Shown here one piece after another: positions 21,078 through 32,008 of a stretch of 64,000 nucleotides of DNA (its first letter is position 1; each line of letters opens with the position of its first letter). A model generated the notes under the pieces. It was not told the origin of the DNA. It was given only the letters and a program-made list of their open reading frames with translations, and ran no database searches. The translations under genes were made by a program, and so were the position numbers. Source of the stretch: a virus; the IMG/VR virus record IMGVR_UViG_3300006923_000013, positions 21,788 through 85,787 of that record; one strand, 5' to 3'.

Positions 21078-24000
21078 TTATCTAGGACTTATCTGATTAA
21101 TGCCGTATAGGAAATTAGTTACAAGACGGTGCTTTCCAGGGGATGCTAAATTACTAAAAAACAACCTAATACCCAAATACTTATCCCTCATGCGTGCTTG
21201 CTCAAACCAGTCTTTAGTTTGAGACACTGCATTAGGGTTTATTACTTTATCTGTATAGTAACTTCCAGAGATATCTGACCATGCAGAGGTAAATAAAGAA
21301 GGAGGAGAAGCTATATGTCTATCTATGGCAAGGTCTCTGAACCCATTCATCTTCCATGTTCTTTCCTTTCTATCTAATATGCATGAATTATAGTTCTCTG
21401 TAATAGAGGTCACAGCCATATTTTGAATATCTGTATCTTTTACTACAAAATTCAAATAGTCTGTTATCTGATAACTGTTATATAGATACCCACTATCATG
21501 TGTGATGTATCTTGAGTCTACATATTGCTCTGTATCTACGTTGTACATAGATGCATCTGTCATAAACTGTAGATTCTCTGCTATTGTTACAGCAGAGGGC
21601 CCAAGTCCTGTTGCCATATCAATTGCGTGCGGATGAATGCATCCGTAAAATGATTGGTAATTATCATGCTTAGGAGCTATTGCGTGTTTCCAAGTAGTAA
21701 GCTGTGCACGCTCTGGTAGTACCTGATTCATTCCACTCAGGAAGAAATCCTTAGATGATACATAGTAATTAGGCATATAAGAGTGCCATGCTACCCAAGA
21801 ACCTGCCATCATAGAATAACTCACTGTCCAACTCTTACACTCAAATATATCTGACATCTTCCCTGTCCATGTTGGGATAGGAGTATCATCATGGTGTAAG
21901 CGTCTAAGTTGAAGAGGTATAGTAACTTCTACATCTTCATCTATACATGATATACATGTTTGACTGTTTCCTAAGAGATTGTATTTACACTTAGTAATTA
22001 CTTTATAGTCGGTACTCATTAATTTATTACCCAGTGTACTAATGAATTCCTGAATTTCATTTAAAAATGCCCCAGTAGTAAAATCTGTAGAACTTCTTTT
22101 ATCATATACTGCACTAACTCCATAGGATCTCAACCCTGCGTCTGTATATCCTGTAGATACTGTAGCTGCAGTAAGGTCTATTATTTCTCCTGCTGGTACT
22201 CCAACTTGTGCTGAATTTCCAGCCTCATCGGGTTGGAGCGTCACAGGATGAATAGCAGAAGATAACGTTTCTGGACCATTAACTGCTGCAAATAAATGTT
22301 GAATGAATTGTTTATTGGCTTGGGTAAGACCTGTTGTAGTCTCTGGTACAGGGTATATCAAAGCTTCAAATCTTCTGTTTGCCGAAGTATAAAAAGCATG
22401 TTTAAGCACAAATGAATCAAAATCTGCTGTATACTCTGCAGTAGGTACTGTATTGGGGACCGATGTCCCATCATGATATCTAACACTTGCATCATTCTGC
22501 AGTACCACTGCTAAAGCTCCTGGCGATACGTAAGTTCCCCATACTTCTCCGTAATATGCTGGATCCTTCATTATAAATGAACTACCGCCTGGGACAGCTA
22601 CAATATCTGCAAGTGATGTAGTAGTTCCCATAGCCAGTTTCATATATTCAAGCCATGCCTTCTCTGTAGTTATTCCTAAAGGAACGTGAAAATCTTTACC
22701 TTCCCAAAGTTCTAATACGCCTCCTACGGCTCTTTGCTCTTCTATCCATGTAAGTGCCTGTGCATTTATAGACTCTGCGGTTTCCCAGGTCATTCCCTGC
22801 ATTCCATAGAAGAAGTATATGTCATCGTCTACACCAATAGGTCTCCCTTCTGTTATTGTATAGGTATGTGCACATACAGTATTACCCTCATCGTCTGTCT
22901 CCGCAGTTACTACATATGTAGAAGGAGATGCTGCTTTCAATTCTGCATCTTCTATACATTGACAGTCTTCACCTGCTCCGTGTAGTTCCCAACTTCCAGA
23001 GTCCTCTCCTATCTTGAGTGCCTGGTAGTACGCACTTGACGTATCTGTTGTATCAAAAGGCGCACGCAACAAATAATCACGTTTAGTGAATACCATCCTA
23101 TTATGACGCCCATCGTATGCAGCTATATATCCTGCACCTGCTGGATTTGCTGGATTATCTATTAAAGGAAAAGGAGCATCGTAAATCTCTTGATACTGGT
23201 TATATATTCCCAGTTCCATATTCTTTTGAGACCAATTCTTAATTCCCATAGCAGAGAGGTCTTTTGGAGACTTCTCTAGATTGAATATCTTCTTATGTCT
23301 AACATCAGGCCAACTGACACCCATCGCATTGATCAATACTGCCCATTGAGATTGGGATCCTAAAAATCCCGTATCTCCTTCTACCAGCTCTTGGATCTCT
23401 TCACTAAAGAAATCTCCCGTGCCTATATATACAGTAGAGGTATCGGTATTGAGAAGGTTACGTGCAGGTTCAACTCTCCATAATGATTCCTCTGTATTTA
23501 CAAATAGACTATTTCTATATTGGAACATATTCCACACAACTCCACGGTGTGCAGGAATATCTCTATAGTTATTTGTAAGAAAATATTTATAATTATCTTT
23601 TTGCTCTTCTTGAAAAGACTGTTCCGAGTATGCTATCCTATATGGATGGGTTTCCTTACACTCGCTACAGAAGTCATACTGTATTGGAATGGCTGAGTAT
23701 ATATTAGAGTTATTATACGCATTATAATCAGGATTCATTTTGAATGTCTGTGCGTCCTCTCCTTCTGATTCCGTGTCTTCGTTTAAAAAGGTAGGCCCTT
23801 CTTGTGAGCCTGATCTAAAATAACCTGGTTCATCTACAAAACTTAGAGCTCCGTATGATGCTCCTCCTTCAAAGTGATAAGGATAGAACCATTTTCCTGG
23901 TTCTTGTGTTCCCAAGCGTAACTCTGTATTTATATAAGATTCTGTCCAGTACCAAGAGATATGATTAAATATACCGTGTCTCTTTTGGTGCCTTCCCTGT

Positions 24001-27000
24001 ACATCTTCATAAACTGTCTTATTAGGATGTGGGGGTAAATAAAGAGGAGCACTTGCGTACAGAACATTAGGATTTCCATATGAATCTCCCATTTGTGACC
24101 AGAATCGTTTCCTTTCTGTACAGTCGCTTTTTGCACCGCCGCTCTCTGCATCTTCTGCTTTTACTACTCTTCTAGCACATCTAGCATTAAATTGTGTATG
24201 CTTAAAAGCAAATCTAGATACAAAAGAATTTCCACCAAATAAAGGACCTGTATTTATAGACTTATACGGATTATTCTGTTGTACCTTAATAACACATGTA
24301 TGTGTAGGTAAATATACCAAACTGGATACATTACCATAGGCATTATATGCATTCTTTTTAAGTGATACATAATATGCAGTGATACGCCCTCGTTTATTTG
24401 TACCGTCATCCGATTCGCAAAATTCCCCTGAAACGTTATCTTCCAATCTATCACATGTAGATAAAGAAAAAGAAGAGTCAAGTGGACATTGAAATTGATT
24501 AGTAGCTCCCCATTCATTGTTTACAGTATTGCCTGCAACTGTAAAATGATTATTGAATCCTGGATTATTACCAGGATAAGGAACTCTGAACCATTCTTGT
24601 TCCCTATCAGAATACTCCTTAGACTTAAAGCTAATAGGCATACATTCCATAGCTGTATTGTTATCGAATGGAGCATCACCAAAAGTTTCTAAGAATACCT
24701 TCTCGAATGCCTCCACTTTAACAAAATCATCTACTCTTATATTAGATAATGGATATCCGTATATAGGATATGTTGTACTGTTCCATGCATCTCTAGGTTT
24801 AGGGCCATTACCTTCAGCAGTAGACACGATGCCTGCTGGATCGGGAGTAGCCCCCATATCGTACATAGTACGGACTCCATCATTGATATTACTGTATGGA
24901 ACTACAGAATGCTGATACGATGCTCTGGAATATATATAAGTAGTTCCGTTATCGTCTCTTCCATTAATGGGATTACCGATCCCAGATCCTCCTGTATTAT
25001 CATTGTGCAGATCATAGTTACTTGGAATATCACTTGAGTCATATTCGTTTGTTTGTCCTGTAAGTCCTAATCCTACATAAGTGTCCGTAGATTGTCTATG
25101 TGCTCCCTCTATACCATCATTATGACAGCAAGCAGTATTACATACTATATTCCAAGTGTATCCTATTAGGACACGTTCTACTTTAATATAGTCAACTCCT
25201 TCTATGGTTCCAAATTTAGAAAGTGGACCATGATAGGACATACTTGCATTAGGATATACAATAATATCTGTATCATATCCTATATTGATTCCCTCTGGAG
25301 ATTGGTCTCCGTCTGGACAACTATCGTTAGGATGAGCAGGTCTTCCCCACCCCCATGCGGCAGAAGGATATCCGTTGCCAAATTCAAACCAGTCAGAAGC
25401 AACTCTTGGTCGAGAAAGAGCATACAATGCAGAAGGAAGTGTGCCAAGTCCTAAACCAACTGTTATAAGGGGATCACGACCTTTAAACCACTTGTCCCAT
25501 TGATTATTCTGAACAAGCATATGGGTCAATGCAGATTTTTTCTTACTTTCATTTGTACAATTCAAGCAGCTTTCTGCTTCTCCTACCGTATTTCCTACTC
25601 CTCCTCCTATACCATAAGACGCTACGAATCCTGATGAAATAGGATTACCAGATCCAAATAGACTACCAGATCCGAAAGTTATATCATATACAGAATGACC
25701 TGCAATAGAAGTTTGCCCGTCATCTCCGCCTCCAAAAAGAGATACTTCTGGAGTATCTCCAAAGCCTGCTATATTAACATCTCTATGCCCTCCATGCGCA
25801 CAAGCAAAAGAAGATATGTGTTTATTGAAATAATTACCCTGTTGCATCCAGGTACACGCACCAAAGAAAGGTCCTGAAGGTAAATTCTTACCGTGGAACA
25901 TCTTAAATGCAAAATGATTGTAATAAGCAATTCCCTTATCTATTACAGTTTTATCCTTAATCTCTTGTTTGGCCTGTACAATTTTGAATCCTTGCACAAG
26001 ATGTGCGTATTCTTCTGGTGGCTTTACGTTTGTAGCTTCAAAACCCATAGATACTGTCTTGGGCCCGCTTGCTTCATAGACATATGAAGGAATATTATAA
26101 AATTCATCTATCTTTCCATTGGTTATATTCCTATCTCCGTACTGGTGGGGTTCAAGTGTGGTATCTGGAAATTTATGATGTCTGACCTTATCCATAGTAA
26201 AGGCAGCCAGTTTTAAATTTGTAACAGGCTGGAAATAAAACCCATTCCCTGTTCCATTATGCATCTGTTCCCAAGCATTGTCAATAGAGTCTTGCTCTAC
26301 TGCTGTAATAGGATCAAGTATACTGGTAGCTGGATTTCTTTTTGAGTAAGGATATACAGGAAGACCTTTACAATCTCTAGAGTCTGGGTATCTATCAGAC
26401 CTACATTCGTAATATGCCATCTCACCTTTAGTGACATAGCTACCAGCAGCAGTGTCCGTGTACTGTTGTGTTCTAATAGCAGTATTGTATACTTCCCATC
26501 TTTCTATATCTCCAGTACCATCTATAGTATTATTAAGGTAATGGTGAGTATTTATATCTTTAGTATCTGCATAATTTGTACTTGATACTATTATACTTGT
26601 GTCCCATCCGTTCAAGGCTGGTGCTCTATTATGCTCTGCTTTAACTGCAGATACATAATTATTCGCAATAGGATTATTATAGTCTCCTTCTTGTATAAGA
26701 GCTCCGCCGTCTGCTCCTTCGTTTTTCTTTCTACCTGGTATGTGATAACCAAATGTCTCAGATCCGTCTTTAAATACCCAAACCACAGCAAGTGCTGCAA
26801 TTTCATCTCGCATATGTGTACGATATGTAAAATAATATTCTCCAGACTGTACAGAATCTTTATTTGCATCTTCTGCTGATACCGTAGTAGTAGCGTAAGT
26901 TATTTGAATATCCTGGGCTGCCTTTTGAAATAGATCATGTTTTATCTCATTTTCAGATACGTTACCAAGTACAAGTCTGTTCTTGATCTGTGCTATTGTC

Positions 27001-28004
27001 TTAGCCTTTTGATATATCTTTCTAGGAATTACTATTTCATCTATAGGAACTACAACTTCGTCTTCTGTACGTATAGTAGTAACTTCTATGAACTTATCCT
27101 CGTTACTGAATAAAGGTAAAGGATCTAGCAAATAAGCACTTCCACTATTAGTTCCTGTTCCATCTATATTAGCTACAACAGCCATACGTATATAAGAGAA
27201 CGAATCGTCAATATCTGTCACACGGAATCGGATAGACTTTGCAGTTTTCTCTCCAGGGGAATTACCTTTAATACGTAATTCAGAGTTGGTCACACGGTCA
27301 TCGTATACAGGTACAGGGTGCGTAAGCGTTGTCCAATTTGTAGAGTTAAGATCCCCATCTAAGTACTGCACAGCAACTTGATAACTTCCAGGAGGTAGAT
27401 CGCCTCCTTCTTGCAGACTCTCGAATTTTATACAAGGTATATTATAATCGGGCCAGAGTTTCATATTCTCACAATCCCAAACAGATGGATCCGTCCCATC
27501 ACCCCTCTTCTCTCCTGGTTTTAGGTAATCTTCCAGTGAAGCTGTATTCAGATGTCGTATATCATTATAATTATCTGTAAAATATATATTTACTTCGCAG
27601 CCATTACGTGTACGTTGAATAGCTTGTATCTGCTTATGAATTCTAAAATCAAGACAGTTTGAATATACTAATACTTCTGTTTTACAATCTGTTACTCGAA
27701 GGATCTTACCTTGTCCTTCTAATGTAGGGTCAGTAGGTGCTAAGAATAATACAAAATCATTGTCTTTTATATACACACTACCTATAACTGCAAATCTAGG
27801 ATCTCCCAGATCCGCGCACGCATAGTTACCCACTTCATTGACAATAGTACCCATGTCTCCATCTTCACTCTCATTTATGGCATTCAATGCCCAACGATAA
27901 GTTCCTTCTGGCTGGTTGCTAGGTACTCCATCTAAAAAAAGCCCCTTGCTGAATGAAGCAGGAGCCTTAGGGGTAGATTTTTTATTTTTACCTTCCTCTG
28001 CCAT
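21078..28004 (-). CDS. Tail stabilisation/muzzle protein (P22 gp10-like) with large insertions, 2308 aa
   Basis: N-terminus F-x-KGL-x-x-D...QPEGTYRWALNA, IYFTDNYN, NRLVLGN; C-terminus SWTVSYS...WVAWHSYMP...RMRDKYLGIRL, typical of this crAss family; follows a ring/tubular gene. Confidence 0.85.
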   Translation of the reverse strand: MAEEGKNKKSTPKAPASFSKGLFLDGVPSNQPEGTYRWALNAINESEDGDMGTIVNEVGNYACADLGDPRFAVIGSVYIKDNDFVLFLAPTDPTLEGQGKILRVTDCKTEVLVYSNCLDFRIHKQIQAIQRTRNGCEVNIYFTDNYNDIRHLNTASLEDYLKPGEKRGDGTDPSVWDCENMKLWPDYNIPCIKFESLQEGGDLPPGSYQVAVQYLDGDLNSTNWTTLTHPVPVYDDRVTNSELRIKGNSPGEKTAKSIRFRVTDIDDSFSYIRMAVVANIDGTGTNSGSAYLLDPLPLFSNEDKFIEVTTIRTEDEVVVPIDEIVIPRKIYQKAKTIAQIKNRLVLGNVSENEIKHDLFQKAAQDIQITYATTTVSAEDANKDSVQSGEYYFTYRTHMRDEIAALAVVWVFKDGSETFGYHIPGRKKNEGADGGALIQEGDYNNPIANNYVSAVKAEHNRAPALNGWDTSIIVSSTNYADTKDINTHHYLNNTIDGTGDIERWEVYNTAIRTQQYTDTAAGSYVTKGEMAYYECRSDRYPDSRDCKGLPVYPYSKRNPATSILDPITAVEQDSIDNAWEQMHNGTGNGFYFQPVTNLKLAAFTMDKVRHHKFPDTTLEPHQYGDRNITNGKIDEFYNIPSYVYEASGPKTVSMGFEATNVKPPEEYAHLVQGFKIVQAKQEIKDKTVIDKGIAYYNHFAFKMFHGKNLPSGPFFGACTWMQQGNYFNKHISSFACAHGGHRDVNIAGFGDTPEVSLFGGGDDGQTSIAGHSVYDITFGSGSLFGSGNPISSGFVASYGIGGGVGNTVGEAESCLNCTNESKKKSALTHMLVQNNQWDKWFKGRDPLITVGLGLGTLPSALYALSRPRVASDWFEFGNGYPSAAWGWGRPAHPNDSCPDGDQSPEGINIGYDTDIIVYPNASMSYHGPLSKFGTIEGVDYIKVERVLIGYTWNIVCNTACCHNDGIEGAHRQSTDTYVGLGLTGQTNEYDSSDIPSNYDLHNDNTGGSGIGNPINGRDDNGTTYIYSRASYQHSVVPYSNINDGVRTMYDMGATPDPAGIVSTAEGNGPKPRDAWNSTTYPIYGYPLSNIRVDDFVKVEAFEKVFLETFGDAPFDNNTAMECMPISFKSKEYSDREQEWFRVPYPGNNPGFNNHFTVAGNTVNNEWGATNQFQCPLDSSFSLSTCDRLEDNVSGEFCESDDGTNKRGRITAYYVSLKKNAYNAYGNVSSLVYLPTHTCVIKVQQNNPYKSINTGPLFGGNSFVSRFAFKHTQFNARCARRVVKAEDAESGGAKSDCTERKRFWSQMGDSYGNPNVLYASAPLYLPPHPNKTVYEDVQGRHQKRHGIFNHISWYWTESYINTELRLGTQEPGKWFYPYHFEGGASYGALSFVDEPGYFRSGSQEGPTFLNEDTESEGEDAQTFKMNPDYNAYNNSNIYSAIPIQYDFCSECKETHPYRIAYSEQSFQEEQKDNYKYFLTNNYRDIPAHRGVVWNMFQYRNSLFVNTEESLWRVEPARNLLNTDTSTVYIGTGDFFSEEIQELVEGDTGFLGSQSQWAVLINAMGVSWPDVRHKKIFNLEKSPKDLSAMGIKNWSQKNMELGIYNQYQEIYDAPFPLIDNPANPAGAGYIAAYDGRHNRMVFTKRDYLLRAPFDTTDTSSAYYQALKIGEDSGSWELHGAGEDCQCIEDAELKAASPSTYVVTAETDDEGNTVCAHTYTITEGRPIGVDDDIYFFYGMQGMTWETAESINAQALTWIEEQRAVGGVLELWEGKDFHVPLGITTEKAWLEYMKLAMGTTTSLADIVAVPGGSSFIMKDPAYYGEVWGTYVSPGALAVVLQNDASVRYHDGTSVPNTVPTAEYTADFDSFVLKHAFYTSANRRFEALIYPVPETTTGLTQANKQFIQHLFAAVNGPETLSSAIHPVTLQPDEAGNSAQVGVPAGEIIDLTAATVSTGYTDAGLRSYGVSAVYDKRSSTDFTTGAFLNEIQEFISTLGNKLMSTDYKVITKCKYNLLGNSQTCISCIDEDVEVTIPLQLRRLHHDDTPIPTWTGKMSDIFECKSWTVSYSMMAGSWVAWHSYMPNYYVSSKDFFLSGMNQVLPERAQLTTWKHAIAPKHDNYQSFYGCIHPHAIDMATGLGPSAVTIAENLQFMTDASMYNVDTEQYVDSRYITHDSGYLYNSYQITDYLNFVVKDTDIQNMAVTSITENYNSCILDRKERTWKMNGFRDLAIDRHIASPPSLFTSAWSDISGSYYTDKVINPNAVSQTKDWFEQARMRDKYLGIRLFFSNLASPGKHRLVTNFLYGINQISPR

Positions 28005-28936
28005 TATATAATGGAATTACTAAAGTTAAGATGTTCACTGGAACTCATGTTCCCGAAGAAACCGTAGTAGCTATTCTGCTGAGGTATCAGCCTAACTCTT
28101 TGCTGTTTAAGGTTCTCAAGTTCATCTATAGTTTTAGGCATATTAGCTTTACCTCTTGCCTGTTGACAGTACCAATGCCAGTCATCTTCTAGCTTGGCAA
28201 ATATAGTAGGATTAAGTAATCCTTGAAGAAATTCTGCATATTTTACCTTATAGATTATATACTTCTTAATAGCTTCAATATAACTGACCTCATCAGGTAT
28301 CATAGGATACCCGCGCTCATCTAGAGCCTGCCCTACAAAAGCAAGACATATATACCCACTTTTAAAGTCTGTACGTAAATATGGATGATCTACTGAATAT
28401 TCGTGCTCACATGTAGAAGATAAATTAACACAATTTTCACAGTGCATCCCTTTAGCTTGGGAAAAGTGACTTCCTGCTAGGCGTAAAGGTCTAAAATTAT
28501 TATAGTAGTACGGAGTCTGAGAAAATGCACCTGGTTTGTAGTATTCTAAAAACAATGAAGCATTAGATATAAGTTGCGAAGTATGCGTACATAGATCAGT
28601 ACATGTTTCAGTATCACAGCTTACGCATGCACCTGTAGTACAGGTAGTAGCAGTCGAATCGCAGGTAGTAAGAGCAGAAGTAGTAGAAGGGGCGCCTTCT
28701 GTAAATTTATATGCTATTTGTACTATTCTATGCAATCCACAAGGAATAAGAGCTCTATAATCGTCTACACGTATGTATTCGACCTTCTCGTCCATTTGTG
28801 TGTATGCGCCTATAAACTCTAGAGCTTCCCCAGCCCATTCAACCATGTCAGACTCATTGAGTTCAATAGAAGGACTAAGATCTCTATAAAGACCTGCTAA
28901 AACTCTTTCTATACTTGTAAGCTTTACCTGACTCAT
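28004..28936 (-). CDS. Tail ring/tubular protein (P22 gp4-like), 310 aa
   Basis: EWAGEAL...DERGYPMIPD...EAIKKYI motifs, with a Cys-rich insert; position immediately before the muzzle gene. Confidence 0.75.
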   Translation of the reverse strand: MSQVKLTSIERVLAGLYRDLSPSIELNESDMVEWAGEALEFIGAYTQMDEKVEYIRVDDYRALIPCGLHRIVQIAYKFTEGAPSTTSALTTCDSTATTCTTGACVSCDTETCTDLCTHTSQLISNASLFLEYYKPGAFSQTPYYYNNFRPLRLAGSHFSQAKGMHCENCVNLSSTCEHEYSVDHPYLRTDFKSGYICLAFVGQALDERGYPMIPDEVSYIEAIKKYIIYKVKYAEFLQGLLNPTIFAKLEDDWHWYCQQARGKANMPKTIDELENLKQQRVRLIPQQNSYYGFFGNMSSSEHLNFSNSII

Positions 28937-28938
28937 TT

Positions 28939-29343
28939 TTATTCATGTATTAGTGCCCACTCAATGATAACATCAACATTATTTACCGCTACATTAATAT
29001 CTTCCGTTCCATTCCAAGGAATAAATGCCCACTCTCCATCATATACTCGTGCAAGTACAATAGAGCTGCCTGCTATAGTTCCTATTGTAATCTCTACATA
29101 GCGTGTAGCGGTTGTAGATGTATTATGAAAGAAAAGCCAATTAGACGTATCGGAAGTATAATCCGCTCCATCTATAAGGAGAGTCTCTGCAGTACTTGCC
29201 ATTGTTTGCCGTCTCAGTCCTGTAGTGTGTGTTACTCCTGTAGTTGATGCTGCAGCGTTAAGTTCGAATGTCTTTGATATAGACATTACATCAGAGACAA
29301 GATCTGAACTTGATAGTGTGATTCGTGCGTTAGTAGTTGCCAT
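28939..29343 (-). CDS. Small beta-rich protein, paralogue family A (copy 4)
   Basis: 134 aa; motifs ITLSSSD, WLFFHNT, DGEWAFIPW shared with 31580, 32009 and 36620 ORFs. Confidence 0.75.
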   Translation of the reverse strand: MATTNARITLSSSDLVSDVMSISKTFELNAAASTTGVTHTTGLRRQTMASTAETLLIDGADYTSDTSNWLFFHNTSTTATRYVEITIGTIAGSSIVLARVYDGEWAFIPWNGTEDINVAVNNVDVIIEWALIHE

Positions 29344-29349
29344 AATGTT

Positions 29350-29784
29350 TTATCTAAAATATTCTACTGCATTGTCTTTCAACAATTTAGCCAGCGTTCT
29401 TTTATTTTTTCGTATCGGTGTGAATGAGTAGGCGCTCTTGTTTTTAAATCTAGCTTTATGTTTATGCCAAAACCATTTGTAATAAAACTCGTCTGTGTGG
29501 AAGTTTAGATGGTAGACCTTTACATTACTTTTCTTAGTAGTAGCCCAGTCAACCCTTCGTTGCTTACTCGCAGGTATTTTCTTTATGCGTATCGAACCTA
29601 GCCCACCGAATAAGTTAAATTCATAGGTGGTATTAAGTATTTTATCAGATATATATTCATTGAATCCTAAACATATCTGTCTGTATAGTTTATAGTCTAT
29701 ACTAAAATCTATATCCTTCTTATTCTCTTTAGCATACTCTTTGTATGCATCCTTAATAGTCTTACTGTTCTTTTTTACAGCCAT
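29350..29784 (-). CDS. IHF/HU-like DNA-binding protein (conserved crAss tail-region IHF homologue)
   Basis: 144 aa, basic; helical N-half then FNLFGGLGSIRIKK (IHF beta-arm pattern); conserved location in the crAss tail block. Confidence 0.7.
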   Translation of the reverse strand: MAVKKNSKTIKDAYKEYAKENKKDIDFSIDYKLYRQICLGFNEYISDKILNTTYEFNLFGGLGSIRIKKIPASKQRRVDWATTKKSNVKVYHLNFHTDEFYYKWFWHKHKARFKNKSAYSFTPIRKNKRTLAKLLKDNAVEYFR

Positions 29785-30485
29785 TATTGTTTTCTTTGTG
29801 CTGGTGCTCGTTGCTTATCTTCCCTAGCGTCATTTTCATCATCGCCAGGCATTACTTTAAAAATCTGTATTAATTCTTGAGAGGCCATCTGAACCATAGC
29901 ATCTACTAAGTGTTGATCTATTTTGAACTCTACTTCGTAAGGCTCTATACAATCTCCAGAACCACATCCTTCTATTAGTTTAACTGCGAGCGGGTCTTCA
30001 AAGACACCACCTACAGTTACGAATTTAAGAAGTGTTCCTGCTTGCACAAGATACAAGTATTCGTTCTTAATTAAGTAATCAGGTACATCTGCAGTATACT
30101 TATTACCAGATTTATATCGCCTTTTAACGACATTGGTTTTAGAATACACTGTATCACCGTCTAAATTTGTCACAAACTCCAATTCAGGGCCTATGAACGA
30201 TTGTATTGGTTTTGGTAGCTTTTCCTTTGATCGAAGTGCCCTACATCCAGGAGGAACAGGACAAGGGCATTCTCGTGAACCTATTGGTATAAGTTCTAAA
30301 CATCCTATAGTCTGAACTATCCAATCAGATACCTGACGTTTCTTATCTATCTCACGCTTTGCAAGCAGTGTACGTACAGATACCATTTTAGCATAAATAT
30401 GACGATCAGAGAGATCACTGTCATCTGAGGCTACACCTTTGTTGTACAAAGCTCGTATACGTGCTATACCTTCTCCTATCAGCAT
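29784..30485 (-). CDS. Tail/neck ring protein, 233 aa
   Basis: SDDSDLSDRHI, CLELIP, YLIKNEYLY, GVFEDP and C-terminal DDENDA pattern of crAss ring proteins. Confidence 0.7.
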   Translation of the reverse strand: MLIGEGIARIRALYNKGVASDDSDLSDRHIYAKMVSVRTLLAKREIDKKRQVSDWIVQTIGCLELIPIGSRECPCPVPPGCRALRSKEKLPKPIQSFIGPELEFVTNLDGDTVYSKTNVVKRRYKSGNKYTADVPDYLIKNEYLYLVQAGTLLKFVTVGGVFEDPLAVKLIEGCGSGDCIEPYEVEFKIDQHLVDAMVQMASQELIQIFKVMPGDDENDAREDKQRAPAQRKQ

Positions 30486-31321
30486 TATCCTTTCTTTTTA
30501 TAATTATGGAGCTGTCCTCTACCTTCTAACCTTTTTTCTCCTGCTTCGCTTTCTTTATCTGTCTCTCTTTTTCGCCTCGGTCTATACTCGTAGTTATAGT
30601 TTTCATAAATTTCTGTAGTACTGGCTACAAGTTTCGGATCTTCGTAATCGAACAGTATCCTATCGGTCTCTATTACTGTATGCGGTTGAAGTATAAAATT
30701 CAAATAATCAAAACAGTTATGTACAACTAATGTAGTAGCCGTAGTGTTTCCTGAATTTAGAAGCAAGTCCATATTCTGAGCGCACTCAGAATTAATTTGG
30801 AAGTACTTAATATCATCTATATTAACTACATAATCACTAGTAATAGAATTTACTAAAGCTTTCTTGTATACAGTAGTAAAACTTACAGAAGTATATACAT
30901 CTTCTGTCTTTTCTACTCCTGATACATAACTTTCTGCTATACGATCCACTATTGCATCAAATGCCTCGTCATAAGGAGTATACGGTTTAACAGTCATAGA
31001 AGTATCAGAAGCTCGATCTATTACCTCCAATTCTTCAAGAACTACCTCGTATTGAGCACTATGCTTCATTGGCGCAGGTGGATCTACTTTTATACTCGAA
31101 TATACATCATATAGAGTAGAATCTGTACACAATTGAATAACATCTCCGTTAGCAAGTTCTGTAGTAAAAGAAGTATCTATTCCCGTTATAGTAACTACGC
31201 CATATGTAGTTGAAGTAATTCCTGTTTCTGGAGCTATTTCCCTATCATCAATAGAAGTTATTGAAAACGAACTACCTGACAATTTAGTCTTTGAAGCTTC
31301 AAAACGTACGAATCTAGACAT
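30485..31321 (-). CDS. Hypothetical virion protein with tail-fibre-like segment
   Basis: 278 aa; VTITGIDTSFTTELANGDVI resembles a common fibre beta-motif; overlaps both neighbours. Confidence 0.55.
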   Translation of the reverse strand: MSRFVRFEASKTKLSGSSFSITSIDDREIAPETGITSTTYGVVTITGIDTSFTTELANGDVIQLCTDSTLYDVYSSIKVDPPAPMKHSAQYEVVLEELEVIDRASDTSMTVKPYTPYDEAFDAIVDRIAESYVSGVEKTEDVYTSVSFTTVYKKALVNSITSDYVVNIDDIKYFQINSECAQNMDLLLNSGNTTATTLVVHNCFDYLNFILQPHTVIETDRILFDYEDPKLVASTTEIYENYNYEYRPRRKRETDKESEAGEKRLEGRGQLHNYKKKG

Positions 31322-31580
31322 CTTTTTTCTTTACTGTTTTTGCTATGTCGTCTTTAAGCTCCTTGTAGCTTGCGTCTACATACTTTCTTACTTTCTCCTC
31401 CCCCTTAGCAGCAAGTTCCAATTTTTCATCTGCGTCCATATTAATATGAACGCGCTTAACACCTTTCATAGTCACTGCTACCTCTCCGCTATATGTTTTA
31501 CCAAATTGCGCATCAGTACGTGCTTTCTCACATAACATACATCTATGCGAAGGTTCAAACCCGTGTTCGCAGCTCGCCAT
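31314..31580 (-). CDS. Hypothetical protein (N-terminal C-x-H...C-x-x-C)
   Basis: 88 aa; overlaps with both neighbouring genes. Confidence 0.6.
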   Translation of the reverse strand: MASCEHGFEPSHRCMLCEKARTDAQFGKTYSGEVAVTMKGVKRVHINMDADEKLELAAKGEEKVRKYVDASYKELKDDIAKTVKKKDV

Positions 31581-31984
31581 TATGTTAACTCTGCTATGAA
31601 GAAGTTACAATAGCCTGTTCCCGATGCAGTAGATACTGTCAACGTGGAATTGGCGCCTCCATTGTAGGGCATAAAACAGAACTCACCAGGAGCAATATCA
31701 AGTATCGCTGTACCTTCATCGCTTACGATTATGTTCGCATCTGCAGCAGCCGCTCCCGCGATAGCTCCAGTGTTTTTTACGTATACAAGGGCTCTATCGT
31801 CTATACCTCCATCGATCTCTGTATTGATTGTAATCGCAGTAGTACTAACAGCAAGTTGACCAGACTGAGCTACGTTAGCGTTTGCATCGCTAGCTGTGCT
31901 TATATCCTTGGTTTCACTTATTTTTAGTATATACGGTAGTACATCAGTACTATCGACAGTAAGCTTTACTTTTATAGTTGCCAT
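31580..31984 (-). CDS. Small beta-rich protein, paralogue family A (copy 3)
   Basis: 134 aa; LTVDSTD, LVYVKNT, PGEFCFMPY. Confidence 0.75.
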   Translation of the reverse strand: MATIKVKLTVDSTDVLPYILKISETKDISTASDANANVAQSGQLAVSTTAITINTEIDGGIDDRALVYVKNTGAIAGAAAADANIIVSDEGTAILDIAPGEFCFMPYNGGANSTLTVSTASGTGYCNFFIAELT

Positions 31985-32008
31985 CTCTATCTATTTATAT
32001 TATTAGTA